In this document: one piece after another, positions 8,559 to 17,673 of the stretch
Layout: each line of letters opens with the position of its first letter
Position numbering within the stretch: the first letter of the stretch is position 1
From: a virus
Lineage: Duplodnaviria; Caudoviricetes
Strand: one strand, 5' to 3'
IMG/VR virus record: IMGVR_UViG_2814123293_000008
Span: 1 to 64,000 of that record
DNA length: 64,000 nucleotides
The notes under the pieces: generated by a model
Databases searched by the model: none
What the model saw: only the letters and a program-made list of their open reading frames with translations
What the model was told of the DNA's origin: nothing
Translations under genes and position numbers: made by a program

Positions 8559-9146
8559 TTAGTATCGAATGGCGGTCGCACCGCCGACCATCTCACAGCC
8601 GATGCAGGCTGCGCCGAAATACTCCGTTGCCAGCCCTCCGGCGTCGTAGTATTCCACCTCGTCCAGCACCGAGCGCAGATTCTTATAAAAGGCAACGCGG
8701 TCGATCACGCGCTGGTGCCGGGCGGGGTCGACATCCTCATAGGTGGCGTCGATCAGCAGCTTGAAGTGGTACGGCTTGCCGCCGTATTCCCACCATTCGC
8801 TGACCTGCGTATCGGGGTAGATGGCGGAGATGGCCAGCACGACTGCCGCCTTGGTGCCGAGTCTGCGGTGGACATTCCAGGAGTCTTTCAGCGTCCGGCG
8901 CTTTTCCTCCAGGGTGTAGTTGGCGTCCCACCAGTCCACCTTGAAGTCGTGCGCCAGGATGTCCAGCAACTCGTTCGGGAGCTGGTCGATCTGCGAGTAG
9001 ATGGACACACGCCCGATCTCGCCCACGCGGTCGGCCAGCACCTCGGCGAAGGCAGCGGCCAGCGCCGCCATATCGTCATCGTTGGCCAGGACTGCCGGCA
9101 GCGATGCCAGCAGATTTTCTTTCGTGATGCCGTGCGCCTTATTCAT
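8559..9146 (-). CDS. Baseplate wedge / tail protein I (P2 gpI-like)
   Basis: LDILAHDFKVDWWD, HRRLGTKAAV and EWWEYGGKPYHF motifs. Confidence 0.88.
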   Translation of the reverse strand: MNKAHGITKENLLASLPAVLANDDDMAALAAAFAEVLADRVGEIGRVSIYSQIDQLPNELLDILAHDFKVDWWDANYTLEEKRRTLKDSWNVHRRLGTKAAVVLAISAIYPDTQVSEWWEYGGKPYHFKLLIDATYEDVDPARHQRVIDRVAFYKNLRSVLDEVEYYDAGGLATEYFGAACIGCEMVGGATAIRY

Positions 9147-10278
9147 CCTCGTAGCCCCCGTTCGTGGCAGTGATGGTACCGACCGCCGCGACCTGCGGCG
9201 GCGTGCCGTCGGAGCCGTCCCGCAGCGTGGTAAAGACCGGGCTGGTCAGCGCCACGCGCTTGATGCCGGTCTGCATGAGCTTCCCAATCAGCACAGATGG
9301 GTTGATGTCGCGCCCCAGCTTCCCGTACTGCCACGCGACGAATTCAGCCACGGCCTGGTCGACCGCAGCCTTGATCTCCGTGGAACTGAGGGAGCTGTCC
9401 TTCGGCACATAGTAGGTGAAGGCGATGTTGTAGCTCACCCTCTGCGGGTCTTTGACGGAAACTTTGTCCGTCAGCGGCCGCACGGCGTCATAGTTGCAGG
9501 CGGCGAGGACGGCGTTCTTGATCTCCGTGGTGGCGACGGTTCCGTCGTCCATGAGGACATACAGATCCACCGCCCCGTCGCTGGGGGTGTTCACTACCAC
9601 ATCGGCGATCTTGGTGCTGACCTTCTTGGCGAAGTAGATATACCCGCCCTTGGCCCCGGCGCAGCTGTAAGCGTCCTGGCTGGCGCGCATCAGCTCGTAG
9701 AATTCATCGTCGGTGGCCTCGTCCGCGCCGTCGTCGCTGGCGGTGATGTTTTCGCAGCTCCCGCAGTAGTCGAACAGGTCAACGAAGGTGTTAATCTGCC
9801 CGGCGGCGTAGCCGTTGCCGACCGCTCCGGCAGTCTGGCAGCGGATCTGCACATCGGCGTATGTCGCGCCGATTGACACATAGGCGTCTGCGACGGTCTC
9901 CCATGTCAGCGTGCCGCTGGCGTCGGTGACGCGCGTACCGGCTGGAATGAGGATCGCCGTGCTCTGCGCCTCGGAGATATGGAAGCGCTCGGTGCAGACC
10001 GCAGCCTGCGCCGCCGGGCGTTGCGTGACATAGAACAGCTCGGCCAGCGCGTCCAGGTTCTCGCCCTCGGCGCGGCTGGGGATATTCTGATTGCCGGTGT
10101 AGTTGTTCAGCCCGCGTTCCTGGATCACCACGGCGGCCACGAACTGGATAAACAGCTTTTCGGGGCTGGCTGGCTTCACACTGACTCCGGTAATCTTTTC
10201 ATAGATAGAGATCAGCAGCCCCTCTACCGCTTCGGCGTCGGTGGGAACGAACTGATATTCTGTATTTCTCTCACTCAT
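9139..10278 (-). CDS. Baseplate J-like protein
   Basis: AEGENLDALA, GAVGNGYAAGQI, AGAKGGY and VRPLTDKV motifs. Confidence 0.9.
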   Translation of the reverse strand: MSERNTEYQFVPTDAEAVEGLLISIYEKITGVSVKPASPEKLFIQFVAAVVIQERGLNNYTGNQNIPSRAEGENLDALAELFYVTQRPAAQAAVCTERFHISEAQSTAILIPAGTRVTDASGTLTWETVADAYVSIGATYADVQIRCQTAGAVGNGYAAGQINTFVDLFDYCGSCENITASDDGADEATDDEFYELMRASQDAYSCAGAKGGYIYFAKKVSTKIADVVVNTPSDGAVDLYVLMDDGTVATTEIKNAVLAACNYDAVRPLTDKVSVKDPQRVSYNIAFTYYVPKDSSLSSTEIKAAVDQAVAEFVAWQYGKLGRDINPSVLIGKLMQTGIKRVALTSPVFTTLRDGSDGTPPQVAAVGTITATNGGYEDE

Positions 10279-10591
10279 TGATGATGTTCACCTCCACGGT
10301 AGGGATCAGCCTGCCTGGGGTGGTTCTGTCGGCCTCAAAGGTCACATTCACCACCTCGGCGCGGGGCTCGTATTCTTCCACGGCCTCCTTGACCTCGGAA
10401 TACATCATGGGCATAGCTACCGGCAGGGGCTTATCCACGAACTTCTGAGGCAGGCCGAAGCCGCGGTACAGCGGGCAGGTGCCCTGCCGCGTGGAAAGGA
10501 TAATGGCGATATTCTGCAAGACGGATCGAACGGTGTCAGTCTCGTTGAGCTGCACCGCGCCGATGTCGGATGCAGTCACTTTGTAGCTCAT
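10271..10591 (-). CDS. Baseplate gp25/gpW-like sheath initiator
   Basis: SVLQNIAIILSTRQGTCPLYRGFG and EEYEPRA motifs. Confidence 0.85.
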   Translation of the reverse strand: MSYKVTASDIGAVQLNETDTVRSVLQNIAIILSTRQGTCPLYRGFGLPQKFVDKPLPVAMPMMYSEVKEAVEEYEPRAEVVNVTFEADRTTPGRLIPTVEVNIINE

Positions 10592-10598
10592 GGAAGCT

Positions 10599-11000
10599 TC
10601 ACCCCCTTAGATACTCTTGCAGGCTGACGGACACGGTGGCGCTTGTGACATTGCCGCGCCCGTCGTAGGTCTGCATTTTCATTTTGTGGTCGATCACGGA
10701 CCAGCGGTATTTTCCGTAGCCCTTGTTGCCGATCACCAGCGGGACGGCGATGCCGCCGCGCTCGTAGTTCCACAGCTTCACGACCTCTGTGATAGGGTCG
10801 ACGCCCAGATAAGCGGATAGAACGATGTCGAAGGCCATCTTATCAGGGTCAAGGCCGGTGAACTCCGTGAGGGCGTGTGTGCCGTGCCGCTGATGGGTCG
10901 CATACCGGGCAGACCCCGACCAGGTTACATTGTTGATCGTTTCGATAGTGCGGTCAGACACCGTGAAAACGATGTCGCCCAGACAGCCGACCATTCCCAT
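10599..11000 (-). CDS. P2 gpU-like tube initiator
   Basis: GCLGDIVF, EFTGLDPDKMAFDI and SVSLQEY motifs; position. Confidence 0.8.
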   Translation of the reverse strand: MGMVGCLGDIVFTVSDRTIETINNVTWSGSARYATHQRHGTHALTEFTGLDPDKMAFDIVLSAYLGVDPITEVVKLWNYERGGIAVPLVIGNKGYGKYRWSVIDHKMKMQTYDGRGNVTSATVSVSLQEYLRG

Positions 11001-11002
11001 AA

Positions 11003-11353
11003 TCAAAAACCTCCTAACACAAAGCCGTCCCCGTTGAATACCGGCAGGTAAAGGCAGAGAACGCGGTCGTTCACCTTCGGCATCCAGTAAGTCAGATGCG
11101 AGCCGGGCAGATGGTCGTGCGCGGGGTATTCGCTGGCCGACCCGCCGCCGGTGAAGGTGTCCGTGATTTCGTGGGTATGCTTTGCGTCCGGCACGATGTA
11201 GAAGTTTGCTCCGTAATGCTGGAGCACATAGAGCCAGTCTGAAATGATACCCGTGTCATTGAACTTGACGCGGGCCTTGCGCTTTGCGCTGTCGATGGCC
11301 GTTACCGTGCCGGTCTGCACGAGCCTCGAAAGGATATTCTGCTGTTCGTCCAT
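11003..11353 (-). CDS. Short baseplate spike protein (gpV-like OB fold)
   Basis: GTVTAIDSAKRKARVKF...SDWL...MPKVNDRVLCLY...GDGFVLG. Confidence 0.8.
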   Translation of the reverse strand: MDEQQNILSRLVQTGTVTAIDSAKRKARVKFNDTGIISDWLYVLQHYGANFYIVPDAKHTHEITDTFTGGGSASEYPAHDHLPGSHLTYWMPKVNDRVLCLYLPVFNGDGFVLGGF

Positions 11354-12702
11354 CAGTACCCCTCCAATGTCTTCCGCAGCTTGACCTGCGTGGTATAGCC
11401 GGACGAGCCGACCGAATGCGCGGCCTGCTCAACGATGTATTTCCCGTCCCATGCTCCCCAGCCGGAGAGCTTGGCCGTGACGCCGGCTACGATATCCGGA
11501 TTGCCTGGCAGCGTGAAGGTGGCGGTCTTTGCGTACTTGTTGTGCAGCCGGAGATACTTTTCAGCCTTGGTCTTGGCTTCGGCCACGCTCGCCACCTTCG
11601 CGGTGATCTCCAACTGCTGGTTGTTCTTGGCCTTGTCGTTGTAGTCCTCGACCTTGACGGTGGCCCCGATGCACTTCCCGGTGCCGGGGTCGGTGTAGCT
11701 GACCCGGCAGGAGGCGTACTGCGTTCCGGCTGTCCCTGTGCTCAGCTTGTGCTTAGTATAGCTTCCGCTGCCACGTGCGATGGTCAGCACCGGAGCCTTT
11801 TTCTCATAGTCCGCCTGGTCGAAAAGCACGAGCAGGTTGTTGGTGGCTTTCAGCGAAATGCCCGCCTCATGGCAGAGATTAGAGAGAAAGGCGATGTCGC
11901 TCTGCTTATACTGCTCTACGCGGCTGTAGGACGGGTCGCTGTTGGAAAGGTACATACAGGTCATGCCATTGGTTGCGGCCATCTCGTTTGCGATGCCGGA
12001 AAGTGTGTAGGCTTCCCACGCCTTGGATTTTTCCGTCTGGCGGATCTGTGCGCTGTATGGCAACGCCGTCGCCTTGATGGTGATGGTATTGGGCGGGCCG
12101 GAGGCGTCGACGCTGTCCAGCTCGAACTGTCCGCAGTCCAGCACCTTGTCCCTGCCGCCGCCCGTCCAGTTCTCCTGGACGAACACAGCGCTGATCTTGA
12201 AGCCTGCGCCGGAGGCGGATGTGGGAGCAGCGGCGGAAGCGTCGCCGCCCCCGCCGCCCGATTCCTTGATGTACGATGCGCTGACATAGGCGGCCTTGCC
12301 GTTGTAGCTGACCTTCGCCCAGCCGTTTTCGATACCCTCTACTTGCAGCTCTGCGCCGCAGACCAGAGCGCCGTATTTGCCGTAGCTGGTGCTGGGGCCG
12401 GAGCGGACATTCAGGCCGCTTTTGGCTGTGACCTTGTAGGACTTTGCCGCACCCTCGGTCTTGGCCTTGGAGGACGCGGACAGGCTTCCTGCGGAGGCTG
12501 CCGCGTCGATGGCGTCAGCCAGCCACTTTTTGAGCCAGATGTCATCGCGGTCCTGGAGCTTCAGCTGTAGGTCGTCGGTACCGTCCGCCTCCTTGTCGGT
12601 GTAGGTGGCCGACAGGAAATAGGGTCGCATACTGCCGGTGATGTCCGCGCCCCGGAAAAAGATCTGCGCCGTGACGCGGCGCGCCTGATTCGGGCTGCTC
12701 AT
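11353..12702 (-). CDS. Baseplate hub (P2 gpD / late control D-like) with inserted SH3b domain
   Basis: TYTDKEADGTDDLQLKL, QSDIAFLSNLC and GNPDIVAG hub motifs; LNVRSGPSTSY...WAKVSYNG..AYVSASY SH3b. Confidence 0.85.
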   Translation of the reverse strand: MSSPNQARRVTAQIFFRGADITGSMRPYFLSATYTDKEADGTDDLQLKLQDRDDIWLKKWLADAIDAAASAGSLSASSKAKTEGAAKSYKVTAKSGLNVRSGPSTSYGKYGALVCGAELQVEGIENGWAKVSYNGKAAYVSASYIKESGGGGGDASAAAPTSASGAGFKISAVFVQENWTGGGRDKVLDCGQFELDSVDASGPPNTITIKATALPYSAQIRQTEKSKAWEAYTLSGIANEMAATNGMTCMYLSNSDPSYSRVEQYKQSDIAFLSNLCHEAGISLKATNNLLVLFDQADYEKKAPVLTIARGSGSYTKHKLSTGTAGTQYASCRVSYTDPGTGKCIGATVKVEDYNDKAKNNQQLEITAKVASVAEAKTKAEKYLRLHNKYAKTATFTLPGNPDIVAGVTAKLSGWGAWDGKYIVEQAAHSVGSSGYTTQVKLRKTLEGY

Positions 12703-12911
12703 CCGACCACCTGCTTCCACGGGGGCAGGGTGTCGCTGACATCCTCAACGAGATCTGGCAGCTTCAGCACGATCCCCGCAGGGAAGGTATAGTACCCGAG
12801 ATACTGCGGATTCAGATTCATCAGCCGGTCGGTGTATGCCTCGCTCCCCAGCTTGGAGAAGGCGATGCTGTCCCACATATCGCCCTGAATAGTGGTGTAT
12901 GTCTTGCTCAT
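12699..12911 (-). CDS. Tail protein X (LysM-like, P2 gpX)
   Basis: YTTIQGDMWDSIA...LPPW motif. Confidence 0.9.
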   Translation of the reverse strand: MSKTYTTIQGDMWDSIAFSKLGSEAYTDRLMNLNPQYLGYYTFPAGIVLKLPDLVEDVSDTLPPWKQVVG

Positions 12912-15900
12912 TTGTAAGCCCTCCTTGCGGTGTCAATGCCAGCCTCTTCCATGACCTCCAGCACGCGCTCGGCAAATTCATCGCCGTATTCGCGCATGGC
13001 TTCCACCGTTTCCGGCGTTGCATTGCCCTGGATCTGGAACACGACCTGCAGCTCCACCACGCCGGCGCCGGAGCCTGCGCCCGGCTCTGCCGAAAGCGCG
13101 CCGCCGACCTGGATGGCGTGCAGCGCCTCCAGCAGCTGCGGAGCGAAGGTAATGGCCTGGTTCTCCATGCTGTCGCGCATGGCGGCGGTCTCCTCGGCGG
13201 TCATGACCTGCTCACCGCCGTTGAAGTAGACCAGCTCGGGGCCGTTCTCGCCGACGAGAGCGAAGCCCGGCGCGGCGGACTGCGTACCAACCGCATAGCC
13301 GGGGATGCTGCCAGCCGTCCCTGTGCCGGAAGTGGACAGCGCGGCCCTGGCTGCGGCGGCGGTGCGGCTATAAGCGGCAGTAACCTGGGGCAGCATACCG
13401 ACAGCGCCGTCGATGAAGCCCTGAATAGTTGCCTGCGCGCTTTCCTTGGCCTCGTCGCCCAGGTCCATCGCTTCGATGTCCTCGGCAAGCGCCGTCCGCA
13501 ATTCGTCCATGGTGGCCGTGAAGTCGGTCTTGAGGTCGGCCACGCTTCCGGCCGCGTTCTTCTGCTCCTGCTGCAAGGTCTGCCAGTTGGATACCATTGC
13601 CTCCAACTGCTCGTCGGTGGCGCCAGCCATGCCGGCGATGGCGTTCACGCTGTCGGAGCTTCCGTCCGCAAAGGAGGCGATCATGTCGCTCAGACCCTCG
13701 ATGTCGGCGCTGCGGTCGGTGAGGGATTGCAGATTGGCGTTGTAGTCCTGCCAGTAGGTGATCTGGCTTTCCAGTGCGGAATTGATGCTCCCTGCGCTGG
13801 TTGCAACGACCTCTGCGGCCTCGTCCCAAAGCTGGTACTGTCCGGATATGCTCTCGTATGCCGCGCTGTACGCTTCGCTGTAGGACTCCGCAAGGGCGGC
13901 GATCTTCTCCTGAACGTCGGAGATGGTTGGTTGAAGCTCCTGCATTTGGGCAGCGGCCTCAGAAGTTACGTCTGCGTTGGCGGCGTTGGCGGCAGCCATC
14001 AGGTCTATCGCCTCGTTCGCCAACTCCATTTCCTGCTTAGCATCGGCGACGGCCTCGGCATCCTTCTCCATGGCGGTATTGAGGTTTTTTATCTCCCGCT
14101 CCGCTTGGTTAATTTCGTCGTTGTACCCGTAGACAGCGCTCTGCAAGTCACGGTACTCCTGGGACAGGGCCGTATTATTATCGATGGAATCCTGGTACAG
14201 CTCGTCCATGCGCGCCATAGCGTCGGCACGCTTTTTTTCCGCTGCGTCTATTCTGAGCTGTGCCTTCGTCAGCTCAACACTGTTTTTGGCCTGCTCCACC
14301 AAGACATCATTGTACTGCTCGGCGAGCTCGTTCATGTACTCCTGGTACGCCTGAGCTTCCGCATTTTCCCGCCACGCCTGCGTGTTGGCGCGGAGAGCGG
14401 CGGTACCGCCTTGAACCGTACCGTTCTGGATGTCAATCAGATCGGAGAGCTCTGGTATCAGTTGGCACAGCAACGACAAGGTATTTCGATACTGCTCCTG
14501 CTCCTCATTGGAGAGCTGGGTATAATCCCCCATCTCCTCCAGCTTTGCAATATACTGGTCAGCGACATCGGCAGTCGCTACGGTTTGTGCAGCCGTATTC
14601 TCAAACGTTTCCCCTGCCTCGTCCATGGCATCCCGCATCCCCTGGGCCGCCTGGGTCAGTTCGTCCACGGAGGGAACGGCGTCATTGGCGGCGGCGGTGG
14701 CAAGGGCGGCAACTGCGGCGGTCACACCGGCCACAGCAGCGGCCACGCCCATGATGATATTCACGCCCGGAATGGCTGCGGTGAGCATGGCGGACGCAGC
14801 AGCAGCTACCTTTGCGCCGACAGTGTACGCGGCAAGGGCCACTACTACCACGCCGAGCACGCCCGCGAAGGCTGTAATGGCATTTACCAGTGCCGGGTTT
14901 TGCTTGATGAACTGCGCAACGCCGTTGAGAACGTCCGTGCCAACGGAGTACGCCTCCCGCAGCGCGGGGGTATAGGCATCACCGATGGCCACCTTCAAGT
15001 TCTTATAGGCGTTCTGCATCATGGTGAGCTGGCTCTGGGTGGTGGCATACCGCTTAGTGGCCTCGTTGGTGAGGGCGGTATTCTGCTGCCACGCGGTATT
15101 CGCGGTGTTCACCGCGCCGGTCATCTGGTCTGCGGCCAGTCCCAAGGCTTTGAGCATATTGCTCTGCCGGATGCCGGTCAGCCCCAGATCCTCCAGCACG
15201 AGCACGGTGCTTTCGCCCTGCTCGTCCAGCTTTCCCAAACCGCCGATGAAGGAGGTCAGGGCGCTCATGGCGTCGTTCCTCCAGGTAGAGGAGAACTCTT
15301 CGGAGGACATGCCCGCGATACGGGCGAACTCCGAAAGGTCGTCCCCGCCCTTTGCAACAGCCTTTTCGATGGCGTTGAGGGTCTGGGCCATGGCGGTACC
15401 GCCGGCCTCGGCCTCGATGCCGACAGAGGACATAGCCGCAGACAGGGCCATGATCTCGGGCTCAGTCAGACCGGCCAGCTTACCGGCAGATGCCAGGCGC
15501 GTACCCATCGCCACGATCTCGGATTCCGTTGTGGCGAAGTTGTTGCCCAGGTCGACGATGACGGAGCCGAGCCGCCCGTAATTGTCCGTCGCCATGCCGG
15601 TGATGTTGGCGAAGCGCGCAAGGGCGGTCGCCGCCTCGTCCGCCGTCATGTTGGTGGCGGTGCCAAGCATGGTCATGACCTCGGTGAAGTCCAGCAGCGC
15701 GTCCTTCTGGATGCCCAGCTGTCCGGCGGCTTCGGCAACCGCCGCGATCTCCTCGGTGGTCGCGGGGATCTCCGTGGACAGCGCCTTGATGGAATCCGAC
15801 ATCGCCGCCAGCTCCTCGTCGGTGAGGTCGGTGGTCTTGGCAACGCCTGTGATGGCGCTCTCAAAGTCCATCGACGCCTGCGCGCAGCTGGCGAAATATT

Positions 15901-16465
15901 TGTAGATTTCTTTCAGGGCGACGGCGATGCCTGCGGAAACGATGGCCTCGTGTACCTGGTTGAAGGCCTGTCCGGCCTTGTCACCGAAGGTCATGGCCTT
16001 ATCGGCGGCCTCGCCCTGCTTCTTTTTCAGCGTGTCGATCTTGCTGGCGAGCTGCTCAGAGCTGTGGGAGAGGTCGTCGGTGTTGACGCCTGCCTCTTCC
16101 AGCGCCCCGCTCAGCTCGTTCAGCTTTGCCGCCTGCTTCTCCAGCGAGGCGGAGGTCTTGTCGATCTGAAGCTGCTTTGCCAGCAGCTTGTTCTTCATGT
16201 CGGCGGACTCGTTGCCGGTCTCCTCCATCTCCCGCTGGATATTGTCATACTGCTGCCGCAGCATCTCCAGCCGTTTCCGCGTCGCTTCCACGGCGGCCTG
16301 CTGCTTCTGGAATGCGGAAATATCCGCCTGTGTCTTGGAGAGGGCCTGGATTTCCTTCTGCATGGACACGATTTCCTGCTGCGCGGCCTTGAAGGTCTTA
16401 CTGTAGCTGCCTCCAAGCTGCGCGTTCAGCTGAAATAGCATCTCATACTCTTTGCGGCCTGCCAT
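12908..16465 (-). CDS. Tape measure protein
   Basis: 1185-aa Ala-rich helical ORF; DFESAITGVAKT, LGNNFATTESEI core; GYAVGT...ALVGENGPEL. Confidence 0.95.
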   Translation of the reverse strand: MAGRKEYEMLFQLNAQLGGSYSKTFKAAQQEIVSMQKEIQALSKTQADISAFQKQQAAVEATRKRLEMLRQQYDNIQREMEETGNESADMKNKLLAKQLQIDKTSASLEKQAAKLNELSGALEEAGVNTDDLSHSSEQLASKIDTLKKKQGEAADKAMTFGDKAGQAFNQVHEAIVSAGIAVALKEIYKYFASCAQASMDFESAITGVAKTTDLTDEELAAMSDSIKALSTEIPATTEEIAAVAEAAGQLGIQKDALLDFTEVMTMLGTATNMTADEAATALARFANITGMATDNYGRLGSVIVDLGNNFATTESEIVAMGTRLASAGKLAGLTEPEIMALSAAMSSVGIEAEAGGTAMAQTLNAIEKAVAKGGDDLSEFARIAGMSSEEFSSTWRNDAMSALTSFIGGLGKLDEQGESTVLVLEDLGLTGIRQSNMLKALGLAADQMTGAVNTANTAWQQNTALTNEATKRYATTQSQLTMMQNAYKNLKVAIGDAYTPALREAYSVGTDVLNGVAQFIKQNPALVNAITAFAGVLGVVVVALAAYTVGAKVAAAASAMLTAAIPGVNIIMGVAAAVAGVTAAVAALATAAANDAVPSVDELTQAAQGMRDAMDEAGETFENTAAQTVATADVADQYIAKLEEMGDYTQLSNEEQEQYRNTLSLLCQLIPELSDLIDIQNGTVQGGTAALRANTQAWRENAEAQAYQEYMNELAEQYNDVLVEQAKNSVELTKAQLRIDAAEKKRADAMARMDELYQDSIDNNTALSQEYRDLQSAVYGYNDEINQAEREIKNLNTAMEKDAEAVADAKQEMELANEAIDLMAAANAANADVTSEAAAQMQELQPTISDVQEKIAALAESYSEAYSAAYESISGQYQLWDEAAEVVATSAGSINSALESQITYWQDYNANLQSLTDRSADIEGLSDMIASFADGSSDSVNAIAGMAGATDEQLEAMVSNWQTLQQEQKNAAGSVADLKTDFTATMDELRTALAEDIEAMDLGDEAKESAQATIQGFIDGAVGMLPQVTAAYSRTAAAARAALSTSGTGTAGSIPGYAVGTQSAAPGFALVGENGPELVYFNGGEQVMTAEETAAMRDSMENQAITFAPQLLEALHAIQVGGALSAEPGAGSGAGVVELQVVFQIQGNATPETVEAMREYGDEFAERVLEVMEEAGIDTARRAYK

Positions 16466-16483
16466 AGACGGCCCTCCTTCAGA

Positions 16484-16675
16484 TTATTTCTTCTTGCTCC
16501 GATCCCGAGCTTCCTTCACGAGCTGGTTGCTGACCTTGATCCACTTGCACAGGGACGGCAGGGGCAGCGCCAGCCAGTAGGAAACGGGGGTTTGATTGGT
16601 CTTAGCCATAGTAAGGCATTGCCTGCGGAGCCAGACGCCGCCGTCGCCGGTTACAGCTCCGATGCCAGCAAAAAA
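16484..16675 (-). CDS. -1 frameshift extension of the tail assembly chaperone (gpE+E'-like)
   Basis: TTTTTTG slippery site (CAAAAAA at 16669-16675 on +); -1 frame open to TAA at 16484, giving ...TPVSYWLALPLPSLCKWIKV... Confidence 0.75.
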   Translation of the reverse strand, partial: FFAGIGAVTGDGGVWLRRQCLTMAKTNQTPVSYWLALPLPSLCKWIKVSNQLVKEARDRSKKK

Positions 16676-17076
16676 GAGCGGGCCTTGCCTCTGACGCGGT
16701 TGAACTCGAAGATTGGCAGAGCGCGCAGGGCGTCGTCGCCGATGCGGCGGGGGTGGCCGCTGGCGTCAACGATGGTATTGGTGCAAGCCCGCGCCGCCAT
16801 ACGCACAAGGAACTGGCCGGAGAAGGTGGGCGAGATCGTGGGCTTGCCGATGGCCTGAAGCTCGTCCTCGATGGCGAGGGCGTCATCGCCGGTCAGACCC
16901 TCGAAATCGAAATTCAGCTCGTCGAAGGTCTGCCCCTCATAGGTAAAGGGTTTTTTCAGCTTGAGGGTAAAGTTGCCCACGCTCTCCTTGGCCTGCGCCT
17001 CGGCAGCGGCGTACTCGTCGTGATCGACGGTGGAAAAAGCGTCGGCGGGGACAGCGGCCTTCTTGGTGTCAGCCAT
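16651..17076 (-). CDS. Tail assembly chaperone
   Basis: Between tube and tape measure; LKKPFTYEGQTFDEL..DFEGLTG motif; AAAGGAG RBS. Confidence 0.85.
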   Translation of the reverse strand: MADTKKAAVPADAFSTVDHDEYAAAEAQAKESVGNFTLKLKKPFTYEGQTFDELNFDFEGLTGDDALAIEDELQAIGKPTISPTFSGQFLVRMAARACTNTIVDASGHPRRIGDDALRALPIFEFNRVRGKARSFLLASEL

Positions 17077-17100
17077 GATGATAACTCCTTTCAAATCTCA

Positions 17101-17136
17101 AAAAGATGCCCGGAACAGGTCTCCCGCCCCGGGCGT
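17101..17136 (-). terminator. Possible attenuating terminator after the tail tube gene
   Basis: GCCCGG/CCGGGC stem followed by ATCTTTT on the minus strand. Confidence 0.45.
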
Positions 17137-17148
17137 TGGCCTGGCCTC

Positions 17149-17658
17149 TTACATACCGAGCGCCTTGCGGACGTCGGCCAGGTAGTCGGTGCCGTTGACA
17201 TAGCAGATGAAGTTCAGCTGGTCGACCTCGCGCACCTTCTTGCCGTCGATGTAAGTCGCCCAGTAGCGGACGGCGTACTCGCCGGAGCCGTTGGAGGGCG
17301 CTGCGGGGGCGACGGAGCCGCCCTTGTCGCTCTTTGGGATGACCACAAGAATATGCTTGACGGAGCGCACGACCACCTTGCCGGCAACGACATCCTCGTC
17401 CTGCTGCGCAACGCGCAGGTCGATGGTGTGGCGGCGGGGCTCGGAGAGCTTCACGCTCTGGTCGGTGACGGTGCGGAAGTTGAGGCCCAGCGTCATCGCG
17501 TCGAAGTGGCCGAGGATGACCGCCTCCACATTGCCGGCAATGCCGGCACCGGAGATAGACTGCGTCAGCGCGGTCAGGTCGGGCAGCGTCGCTTGGGCCA
17601 TGCCGACATACTCCACGGAATCTTCGTAGACCTTGAAGTTGATAATGCTCTGATCCAT
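17149..17658 (-). CDS. Tail tube protein (P2 FII-like)
   Basis: IINFKVY..., ATLPDL, GAGIAG, NGTDYLADVRKALG motifs. Confidence 0.92.
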   Translation of the reverse strand: MDQSIINFKVYEDSVEYVGMAQATLPDLTALTQSISGAGIAGNVEAVILGHFDAMTLGLNFRTVTDQSVKLSEPRRHTIDLRVAQQDEDVVAGKVVVRSVKHILVVIPKSDKGGSVAPAAPSNGSGEYAVRYWATYIDGKKVREVDQLNFICYVNGTDYLADVRKALGM

Positions 17659-17673
17659 GATTCAAACCTCCTT

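Noticed and set aside
12899-16438. 1179-aa plus-strand ORF
   Set aside because: Antisense shadow of the tape measure gene, expected from high GC3; no RBS or motifs.
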